64,000 nucleotides of DNA from the NCBI RefSeq assembly GCF_902459465.1, contig NC_047064.1, positions 682,001 to 746,000 of the forward strand. Reading direction: 5' to 3'. Made by a program: the position numbers and the translations under genes. Source of the stretch: Asterias rubens (Eukaryota). Position 1 is the first letter of the stretch, and each line of letters starts with the position of its first letter. The notes below the pieces were generated by a model. It saw only the letters and a program-made list of their open reading frames with translations, was not told the origin of the DNA and did no database searches. Shown one piece after another: positions 43,601 through 55,600 of the stretch.

Positions 43601-46600
43601 GACTCTTGCTTCTCATCACCCAGGACATCATAGTGCATGTGAGGGTACAGATTTGTTGTGAATAATTATCAACCTCAATTGAGCTGCTAGTGCTGCATGA
43701 ACAGGCTGTGTTAATAGTGTGAGGCGCTTTTTACACAATGTTGAAAAGTGCCTTATAAATGCCTACTTTTGTTTTCATCATTTGTCTAATAAACTGCTGA
43801 ATTTATATCCATTGACATGAAACAGCTGACAAAACCAAATTATCATGAATGATGTTTTCTTTGTTTGTGCAAAGTTGAAACTCCGGCAGAGCCAAGTGTG
43901 GATGTTGGTAGAGGGCGTGGCCGTGGTGGCCAGCAAGGGCGTGGTCGAGGTCGTGCTCGAGGAAGGGGTGGACGCCAAAGTGCAGGACAAGGAAAGCGAA
44001 AAGTAGGAAAGCCAAAGTAAGTACGGCAAATGTTTTTTGCCTCTTTAAGGTATGTTGCTTTGGTATGCATCATTGATATAAGGTTAATCGATTACTAACA
44101 TGAAACTCAGTTGAGAATTTACGAACTATGTCCGATAACTCATATACCACAGTTTGATTAAGCAGTCCTATTGGTTAAAAGGAGGTCACATGACTGTTTA
44201 AGTCAGGTTTAAAACGGCTGATCAAGACATCTGTAGCTGTGAATAGGTGTTCATAGCCAAAGGCGTAATGCGTCCTGAAAAACAAAGGCTGCCTAATATG
44301 AAACTTAGTGTCCCTTCTCACTTAATTTGAGCCACACAAGCTCCAAACTAATGAGACACTGTCATTATTTTAATAAAATAACCTCAGCCGATTTTCTACT
44401 TCCACCCAGGTAGTAGTTAAATAGCAGTACAGTTCTTTTTTAGAACAATCTACTCTGTGGTAGTAGAATATATAGCAAGACAGTTTGCTAAAGAACAAAC
44501 TCTACCTGGCAAGTAGATGAACACATGGTGTTACCGCCAACCAAATACTAACAGATTGAAATGGATTCCTTTTTTAGGGAAATCAAATATACACAAGAGT
44601 TGCTGTCTCGGTATCGTAAGGCCTTGGATACAGCAGTAAAGATCTCCACACGTCACAATGTCAAGCCAATCCGTGGGAAGACTTATATCTACTGTGATGT
44701 TGGACCCAAGATGGACACCTTTGGCTGGACTGGCTCCTCTTACTGGGAAAAGGTTTGTAAATTCTGCCTTCTTTTCAAAGTGTGTCCAATATTGACCACC
44801 TACAAATCTTGATTGAGCCAAATTGCCAGTATGTTTGGCGGATGTGGCTATGGCTGCAACTGTTGCTATGGGGACTATAAGTTTCACTGCCTGTTTACGT
44901 GACGATCAAGCCACAGTCACTGATTCTGACATGGCCTTTACTCTGCATTGAGCGGTTTAGGAAACACTTGCTCATTATGTCTTTACAGAAATTTTGACAA
45001 TGCATTTTATGGCAATAAAAATGCACTGGCAATGCGTTATAGCAACGCGTAAACATAACAGTACATGTACATACCAAGCAATACACAATTCCATGTATCC
45101 ATTGTGCTTACTTCATTATCCGTAAAAATTGTGTACATTGCTTGCCGATTTTCTTCATTTTATAGGATTTTGGATTATGCATTATGCACAGCGCATTACA
45201 GACACTTTGATTTCCGGCCTTTTGTCACAAATAAAGTGAGATTTTCTTCAGTTCCTGTGTGTAACGAGAATATTTGATTTTGTTTTGTTTTTTACAGTTG
45301 AGAGAAATGGCCATTCTTCTAGGATTGATGTGTAAGCATTCCTGCGAAGATTGTCTGCTGACTGCTTATGGGGTCAATAACCAGAGGGTCATTGAACTGG
45401 AGAAGGGTACCATCTTAGATAATATCAAGAGTGTTGTGGCATATGCTCAGGTAAATCAAACAAGAGTTGGTGTTTCTATGCTACTTTCAGAATTTTGTAA
45501 TTATAAATAATAAAAACAATAAAGGAACTTATCAAGGGCAGTATTGTCGCAAAACAGCCTCTAAGCTCTGTGTACAAAAATAAAGCTAGATTAAAAAGAA
45601 AAATACTGAATCTTGATAATGGACAACAGTAAGTATCGCTCTACCCAGCTTGCAAAGGTATTGTTTCTATTGCTTAAAACCTGCATAATTTGTGAACACT
45701 TTGAACAGTTTAAAGTATTGTTTTAGATTGAAAATTGGAGAAATAACTTCCACGTGAGTAAATTTTGAGATTCATGCATTTTATAAAAATTTCAGGCTGT
45801 AGATGGGGATGACGTCAACTACTATACTGCTCCACCGAGCAAACTGAGCATGACATCTCTCTATGATGCTCTTCGTGATCGCATCCACATCGATAACTTA
45901 ATCATCCTAGGACAAGATTACACCGAGGAAGGGACAGGATGGGAAGAACTGGAAAATTTTGTTGTCAAGTACAGACAGGTTGTCAATCCAAACCTTCTGT
46001 TTGTTCGCTTGGATTTTGATAAATACCATTATAGAAGGTAAGAATGTTAGTCGTCACGTAGGACTTATACACTGATGTTATTATGCCAGAACCGTAACGA
46101 ATCCCATCCCAATATTATGCCTTTAAGTTATTCCAGCTGGACTCGGAAAACACCGAGCATAACTTATGAATATTAGAATCTGTTTATTTCTCTTTGTAAA
46201 ATCGCAAGGAATTTTATAAAGATGATTTATCCAAACCGACTATGATCGCCAGAACAACTGGAGACTGAATGGTCTAATGCACATTGCACAGTGTTCAAGT
46301 TCTGTTATTCACAGAGTGTGGGTTGGAATACCGACCTGGCTGGTCACAATGCTTGTGTTCTTTAAAGATACCTTACCATAATTGCTTTGTCCATCAGATG
46401 GGACGTTAAGCCATAAATCCTGTGTACAGGGATTCTTGTACTCAGAACACGTAGCGGGATTAACCCTGGTGTTTCTGGTTCACATAGAAAGCACCCTTGT
46501 TCACAGGTTTCCTCAGCATTGTAAGCTACATACAGTGACTAGGTTAAATTTTGAGGCATCTCTTAATTCATTACCAGAAATGTATAAGTAAGTAAAGTCT

Positions 46601-49600
46601 GTGGGTGACACTATGTACAAATCTCTTTTGTGAGTAGTGGTTGTAGCTCTGAGAAGAGCTGTTTCTGCTTCATGTTTGGATCAGTCTGACCATCTTCTGG
46701 AGAATGCTGGACTTAGAAATTAATAATAATATACTCCATTTCCTTCTTACAGCGAGAAGAAAAGCACTCATCCTAACGACATCTTAATGATGGGTTACAG
46801 TGATAACATCTTAAGATTCATTGCCGAAAGAGGTGACAGTGGGCAGTTGAATCATGTTGAGAATATTGATAAGGCGTATGGTCTCAGAGAGCTTCAGGTA
46901 GGACCTTAGTAATATTTATAATAATAAAACAGCACTTAAAACCGCACAGCGACTTGAAAGTCTGTCAATCCAAACCATTTAACATAGCAACTGTCTAAAT
47001 GTAAGCGGTACATTAATACTTGGCAAGTCATTGTACCAGAAATTATTCAAATCTAACTTGCAAATGGTTTATTCATTTCAAAGCAAATGTTTAATTTGCT
47101 TCAGGATAATAATAATAATAATGACATGTGACTTTATAAACTGTCTCAGAATTCCTAACTTCTTTGTGAAGTCTTCATACTTGAAGTTTAAGGTAGAGTA
47201 CTTAAATGATAGGTTAATGGTAATATGATCAAATCCTGTCCTGATTAATCTTAATTTCATATTTAAAAAAATGTTATTTGGATTGGATTATCTTTTTTAG
47301 GTTGCAGCGGTGGGATGCACAAAACAATCTTCAGGAGCTCCTGAGAAGCCCTTACCCCTTGCTGCACCACTACATAGGTCAGACTCATTTAAAAAAATGT
47401 TGTTCATTTGTATTTTATTCATTAACTTTGTCGCTATTATCAATCTATAATCTTATTTACTTAATCCATAATTAACTTAATTAAAGGCACTGGACAACTG
47501 AGTTTGGTAATTACTCAAAATTTGTATTTGCATAAAAGCTTACTTGGAAACAAGAAACAGAGCTGTTGATAATACAAAACATTGTGAGAAAAGACTTCCT
47601 CTGAAGTAGCATAGTTTTTGAGAAAGATATAATTTCTCACTAAAGTATTTTAATCTGCCACAGACTTCAGGCATGAAGCCTATCTCAGCCATCTAAAAGC
47701 AAACATAATTTGTGTAACAACGGTGTTTTTTTCTTTCATTATTGTCTTGCAACTTCGATGACCAGTTGAGTCCAGATTTGTTATTGCTCATTTTGGGATA
47801 CACCAAGTGAGAATACTTGGCAATTACCTAATGTGTAAAGTGCCTTGAATACAGAAAACCTGAACAAGGGTGGTTTGAAGAAACTCTTTTAGCCCTTATT
47901 TCTGGCCCTAAATCGTCTTCACTATAATTATATATCTTTTTGACCTTTGATCTTTGACCTTTCTTCCAGATGGAGAACAGCCAGGGTTTTCATCTCATCC
48001 ACCTTCCGTGACATGCACGGAGAGCGTGACCTCTTGACCCGATATGTGTTCCCGGAGCTGCGTGCTAGAGCTAAGAAACTATTTCTCAACATCTATGAGG
48101 TTGATCTAAGATGGGGTGTAACTGAAGAAGAGACGAGACAAAACAGGTGTGCATTCTAAGACAGTATCTGTAGATCTTAATGTAAGATGATGTAGAAGAT
48201 GTCTCTTGTGTAATTCCGTACTCAGCTAAATCGTGAAAAAATTCAAATCATCTTTAACTTCCCTTCAAAAAATGTGATATTTTAGCAATTTAAAGGGAAC
48301 GTGTACATTTGGTAATCACTCTTAAAATTAATGGCAAGACGGACTTTCATCTGTTAATGTCATTGTTGTCCATGTCTGAGTTGCTGTCGTTGTTGTCAAA
48401 ATATTTTTATATCCAAGTATTTTGGTTTGAAAACAACTAAAAAATGGTCTTATTGTTGTACATTTTAACATTTATATTTTAAACTTTTCTTAAGGATGTA
48501 AAAATAAAACTCAACTCAGCCTCCTTAAGGCTGTGAAGCTTTTATTTGTGAAATAAACCAATTAATTAATAATAATCAATAAAAATTAATTTGTGGACTC
48601 CCCAGATCCATTGAGATTTGTCTGACTGAAGTCTCTCGCTGTGACTACTTCATTGGAATGTTGGGTGACCGCTACGGTTACTGCCCGAGCACCTACACAG
48701 CACCAGATACTGAGGAGTTTGATTGGCTTAAAGAATACCCCAGAGGGCGCTCTATTACCGAGCTAGAGATGCAACACGCAGCGTTGTGTGATCCTTTGAG
48801 CTGTGTAGGCAAAGCGTTTTTCTACATGCGTGATGACACATTTATGAAGTAAGTTACATTTGATCTTATTCCAAAAATTTGTATGGTGAATTCATTTAAA
48901 AAAATTGTTTAATGTTTTTAAAATTGTATACCACTGTACTTTCCCCGAGTTCTGTGAAGAAGAAATACAAATCCGCAGGTAAATCATTAAATAAATCTTT
49001 GTTGACTTTTTTTTACAGAGACCTACCTCAATCTTGCATGAATGCATTCCAAGTAGAGACGGACTCTGCTAAAGAAAAGATGCAGAACCTCAAACAGCTG
49101 ATTAAAGGCAGTGGACTAGAAGTCTTTGACGGGTAAGTTCCCTTAAAGGCAGTGGTCTAAAAGTCTTTGATGGGTAAGTTCCCTTAAAGGCAGTGGACTA
49201 GAAGTCTTTGATTGGTAAGTTCCCTTAAAGGCAGTGGTCTAGAAGTCTTTGATGGGTAAGTTCTTTTAACCCGTTGGTGCACAGATTAATTTTAAAAAAA
49301 AGCAAAACAAGAATATGTTCAACCGTGTTTTTCTCAAAATTTGTCAGTAGCACCCATTGTTGAACATCACACCGAACGAAAGCCAAACGCTCTACCAACA
49401 GAATGAGAGCGGTATATTTAGGGGTTGTAGTTTTTAAGTAATGACTGTTTATAAAGTCTATTTTGTGGTTACTATCGAAGGCCTTGTGCACCAAAGTAAG
49501 GCAGTGGACACTATATGGTAATTACTAAAAAAGAATTGCTAGCATAAAAACCTTACTTGGTAACAAGCAATGGAGAGCTGTTGGTAGTACAAAACATTGT

Positions 49601-52600
49601 GAGAAACGGCTCCCTTTGAAGTAACATAGTTTTCAATTTGTTGAATGGGTCTTGTAAAAAAAGAAAGTTTTAAATATGTTCATAAATTTAAAATTCTAAT
49701 TTCTTCTTCAGATATCCTTGTCGCTTTGGTGGCGTAGTTGACGGTAAAGCAGTCACAACAAACTTGGAGGAGTTGGGTTTGAGAGTCGTCAACAATCTGT
49801 GGAATTCTTTCGTCAGGGATTATCCTGAAGAGGTTTGTTAGAAAAGGATTCAAAAGCTGAAATCAGTAAAGTGCTTAAAGGCACTGGACACTTTTGGTAT
49901 TTACTCAAAATAATTGTAAGCATAAAACCTTACTTGGTAACGAGTAATGGAGAGACGTTGATAGTATAAAACATTGTGAGAAACGGCTCCCTCTGAGGTA
50001 ACTAGAAGTCTTTGATGGGTAAGTTCCCTTAAAGGCAGTTATTGAGAAAGACTTCAGGCCTAAAGTTTTTAGAAGGCATCTGTTTTGCAACAAGGGTGTT
50101 TTACCTTTCAATATTTTCTGCACACAATGTCAAGCATTCTTCCTTGTAAATACATTTGTATTACTTTGTATAGTATGTTAAATGATAATATGAATTAGAG
50201 GTGTTAAATTTGCATCGGGGTTAAAGAATATTAGTTTTGGATTTACTTTTATTCGAAGTGCCTCTAACTACATGTATCTGACAATCTCGGTGGTCTACAT
50301 GTAGTGTGTAAGACACTTCTCTAGAATGGTAAAGGTCTTCGGTTTGAATCCAACCCAAGTAATATGCCTGTGATTTTTCACTGATCTCGGGAGTATGCAG
50401 TGCTAACACACATCGGTGTGGGGGTAAATTTGAAACCGATTAATTAATAATGACCTCTGATATACATGTATCTTTGAATTCGCAGGAAGCATTCCTTGAT
50501 GAGTTGACACACGAGGGAGCCCTTCATGAGGCGTTTGTGGATGCTCATGTGGCTGGTTTTAGCGGTCGTAAGACGCAGCTGAAGCAATGTCTTGAGATGA
50601 TTGATTCATGCCGAAAAGGTCTCGTTGTCATCAGCGGAAAGAGTGGATGTGGAAAGACCGCCCTCATGGTTAGTTAAAAACCCAATCCCGCAATAAGCTA
50701 CACCCACTTCTTACAAACTGGTCTCCCTAAATACCAGGGCCCAATTTCATAAAGCTGCTTAACGGTCGATTTTGTGGTTACTGTGTGATTTCCATTTAAT
50801 AGCGGCTGCTTACCGTAAACACACAAAAAGGCATGCTTATCGTTCAGTGCTTACTGTATGAAAATGAATGATGTAACAATGCAAATCCACAGTGAAACAA
50901 CGCGTAAGCTATCTGCTTAGTATTCTTGCTTACTTATAATGAATAATTCTATGTTCAAACCCAAAACTGTTTTTAATTATTTCTAACTCTTTGGGGATTA
51001 ACCTTTAAATTCTTTTCTCTTGGATTATTTCAGTCGTGTCTCGCTACTCGCTACAAGAACAGGATTGATGAGAGAGATGGCAATCACGTCTTGGTTCATC
51101 TCGTAGGAGCAGCGGTTGGATCTGGCAATGTCTTAGCAATGTTACGTCGCTTGTGTCTGGAACTCAAGAAGCGTTTTGCTCTCTCTCTATCTATACCTGA
51201 AGACTTCAAGTAAGTTATGTCTTGGAAGAAGATAATTTTTTCCTAATGACTTCTCAAGAAATAGTTTGCATCGTTTTCATGTAAATGGAACCATGTAAAG
51301 AATAGGAGCCATCAAAGAGCTTCCTTTGCTTGGAATGTCATTTCATTAACTAGGAGAACTGCTTGATTGTCACACTGTTGTGTATCACTTATTTATATAT
51401 GTTGGGACCGATCGACACCATCTTGTCTTTCCAGCAAACTGATGACCAAGTTCCCAGAGTTCTTGAAGGGAGCTGCAGTGCATTGTGGGAGCTCTCCTCT
51501 GGTGATATTCCTGGATGGCTTGGATCAGATGGAAGAGGCTTATCAAGCTAAGAACATGGAATGGTTACCAAAAGAACTCCCTAAGGTACAGAGAGCTTGT
51601 TAATCATATTAATTCAATAGATGTTTAATTTGCATCGGGATAGAGAATATTGATTTTTTGTAAATTGCAAAGGTCGTGGGTTCGAATCCCATCTTAGTAA
51701 CATGCCTGTGATTTTTATCTCAGAACTCAGGTAAGTACTGAGTATACAGTGCTAACACACATGAGTGTAAATGGGTAAAACCAAAATAAATAATATGAAT
51801 GAAAACTTTTATTATTCTTTTTGGGGTTACCAATTGAGCCCAACGTAATTTGATGCATATGTTGGGAAATACCAAGTGAGGTAACTGGTCTTTGACAATA
51901 ACCAAACGTGTACAGTGCCTTTAAAACAGCACCCTTTAAGCTTAGATACCTTTTTGTTTTATTTTCCAGGATGTGATGTTTGTCGTCAGTACGGTTGAAG
52001 AGGGTCAATCCCATAAGGCATTGCTTCGTCGTAGTCCATCCTGTCTGAGCCTACGACCTCTTGACCTCTTGGATAAGGCCACAGTGGTAAGGAGAATGTT
52101 GGCTGTGCATCGGAAAACACTGGATGAGTCTGCATTTAACAACCAGGTAATCCTAATAATAATAAGGGAATACAAGAGTGCTGACTCGGTCCTGAACTTT
52201 TGTTTAAAACAAGCAGGGTTGTGGCCGTGTGATAAAGGATGTAGCCGAAGGCGAGAGCCTTTATCGCAGGGCCATGACCCTGCAACTAACAGTTGCACAT
52301 TGATTACCTGTAAATAACTCTGATGACAAAATGCAATTTTCATTGTTGGTACAAGATGGTCTGACTTTTAAAAGTTGTTGTTTTAACTAGATGAAGCTAC
52401 TTGTCTCCAAGAGGGAAGCTAATCTTCCTTTGTTTCTCAGCCTAGCCTGTGAAGAACTGCGTGTCTTTGGCGTCTTTGAGCAAGTATGTACTTTTAATAA
52501 GAAGTATAAGAATAATTATAATGGACATTTATGTTGCCCCAATATACCTCATTTTGACGCTCATAGCTTATGAACATTAATACTCATATGATGTTGCTGA

Positions 52601-55600
52601 GCTGTTCATTTAACTGCTTAACCCTTTCGTCTTTAACCGGCCCTAACTGGTCCTGCTTGTTACTTGGAGCGCTACGGCAGCCCAGGGCTGTATGCTACCC
52701 AGGGAGCCGAGAAGAATAAAAGGATTGCACATGGCCCAATGACCAGGGCACTAGTTAAGCGCATTGATACATTATTGTAAAATGTGCTATATAAGAACTT
52801 GTCATAAGAGCTAGTCAAAATGAGTAATGAGAACGTGTGTAAATCCGCAACTTTTTATAAAGAAGTAACTTGATGTACATTGTATTGTAATTTTTAAATT
52901 GTAATCTTTGCAGCAATTAAGCCCCTGTGCTATAAATACATTGTTTTAATAAACCAGAAATAATAGAAATAATAGTAGTTATTATTATGATCATCATTAT
53001 TATTTTGCCCTGTTTATTGTTTCAGGTATCGGAGAGACTAAAGAGGATGTCTCAGACCATTAGTGCCTTGTTGCAGGAGGTCATGCAAAGATTAGAAGTA
53101 GACCACGGCAAAGATCTTCTCTCTACTGCGCTCACTCTACTTGTCTGCGCCAGAGAGGGTGAGAATTGTTATTTGAAAGAGAAAAAAAAGAAAACAACTA
53201 AGGTTTCTTCTCTTTTTCTTTAGTCATTTGATGATGTTAATGATAGTTGTAATACATTTATAGTGTGTTTTTACTGTCATAAATGACAGTCTTGGTAGCC
53301 ATTTTGGTTTTTACCCATATTCACCCATGTGTGTCAGCACTTTATACTCACAGTACTTACCCGAATCATGTCAACAAAATCACAGGAATATTACTCGGGT
53401 GGGATTTGAACCTACAGCCTTTGCATCTAGAGCAGTGTCTTACCAACTAGACACTCCTAGACACTCCTGGCTTTCAAGGTTCAAGGTTTCATTTATTTCC
53501 ACAGTTGAATTATCATGCCAGATGGAGATTTTAAAGAATTATTTATGAGACCAAGGAACCATAACGCAACCACACGTTGATAATTCCAGAGCTTGATCTC
53601 GATTCACTAGAATCGCTTGATGTGGGAAAATTTAGTTTCTTTATTTGACCTCTATTTTTCATTTGTGAATGTCTTAAAGGATTGCTTGAGGAGGAGCTTC
53701 ACAGTCTCCTAAGTCTACACACCCTCCTTGGAGGAGGCAAGTATCGTCTTGAAGATGTGAAGAATATTCGTCTGACGGCAGATGGAATGCTTCCTCAGGC
53801 TGTTTTTGCTCAATTAATGAGGAGTCTTAAAGGATTCTTGAGTCCAGCTGGACAGAGGTGAGATTAAAGTCTGGTCGCTTGACAGACTCTTTGGATTCCA
53901 TTAGAAGATATTTAATTTAGAAAATAAAAGCGTGGGGAGTCGGTCTTCACTGCAAGGTAATGGTGGCTGGCCCCTGTAACAGTTTGTTTTCTTTACGCTT
54001 TAAAACATATATCTTATGGTCAAGCCAGCCCCTTCCCTTCAACCCCCACCTTATGTCTCCTTATTCATTGTTTACCCATTGCTGTTTTCTGTATGCTTTC
54101 TTACTCCACTCATGTATTTCCACTTCACTGCTTATTTTACACTTATGTTACCTGTTCATGTTTGTTGTGTTGTCATTAAGCCTTTGAGATAGAAAGACTC
54201 TGCTAGGGTCAAAATGTCTGGCCACTAACTATTTTTGGCATTGAAAAATATACATAAGAATCCAAGGTTGCTCAAAATGTTTAAATGTGCACAACAATTG
54301 CACTTTTAATCAGGACACTAGACCTTCTTATAGTTGGCTAATTTTCTACTTCTTTTAGTGTTTGTTTTGAAACAAATTGCTTGTCTTTTCTAAATATCTT
54401 GTCTTGTAATATTTGCTTGTTGCCATAGACCTTTTCCCAAACTCGGTATGTGCACATTAGGCATGGAATGAGGTGCATGCTTGTCTAGCTAGCGAACAAG
54501 TTTGATCGCTAGCTACAATCCCAGCCATATCTCGTTGCCCCCCCCCCCCCTCTTTAAATGTTGGTTCCAATTGGCGGTCTTCTTCTGCGTTACAGTCAAC
54601 ATTGAGCAAAGGGATGTGGGAGAGAATGATTATTGTCAGTGGGAAGTGGACAGGGAATAGTTTCATGTAACGTTAGGAATGGGTGGCCCAAGCATTTTGG
54701 CCGGGATTGTACATTTTGTAAACCACCATGCACCTCATTCAACAGTTAGCGCTTGCGCCAATGGGTATTTGCGAAAAGGTCTATTGGTTCTCGTCCAGCA
54801 GCATTATTTTTGAAACATTTGCAAAACGTAACAGTCTTAGGGGGGAAACATTTATAAGATTTGTCATGTTATTTTGGTCTGCAGCAGTGTGAATCATCTT
54901 AGCCTGGCTCATGGGGAGATCAACCAAGCTGTGAGACAGCGTTATATGAGAGGAGCTGGGGCAGACACAGAGGCCAGGCTACATGCTCTACTAGCTGGTA
55001 AGGACTGCTGCTAGTCTAAAGTGTTCGCTAACTCTACCTCCAATGCTGGCATACCTTTGTGTGTAATGTTACCAAAAATCACAAATTTCATCGCACAAAA
55101 GCATTTCATGACAGAAACTTTTGACTCTGAGAAGACCCTTAGTCTTTGAAGAACCTTATGTTTAATTATTGAACTTTTCTTGCATAAAACATCAAAGAAA
55201 AAGTAGTTAGGTGAGGTTTACTGGCAATTTTTGTTTTCCAATCTAGGTTATTTCATCAAAGAAGCCGACCCACTTCTGAATGGTTCCTGGTTTGGTCAGA
55301 AGCCAAGAGCTTTCAGTGAGTTACCCTATCATCTATCCCGGACAGCGGCCTACGCTGAACTCCAAACGGTGTTGTGCAGTCTGCCGTTTATCCACGCTAA
55401 GTGTATGCTTGGATTGGCGTCCCAGCTATTAGATGACTTTATCGGGGGAGTGACATCGATTGGAGGAATAGCCAATAGGGCTGCTGTTAGAGACAGAGAA
55501 AAGTTCTTGGCTAAGCCACAAGTACAGGTGTGTGATTTTATCATCAGATTGTTATCAATATTATCAATATTATTATGATCAATATTATGGCGTGTCCTGT

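Noticed and set aside
49102-49116. Exonisation of a Kolobok MITE into TEP1
   Set aside because: Identity is limited to 15 nt and the flanking codons ([11 protein letters not shown]) continue as ordinary TEP1-like sequence, so a chance pseudo-terminus is more likely.
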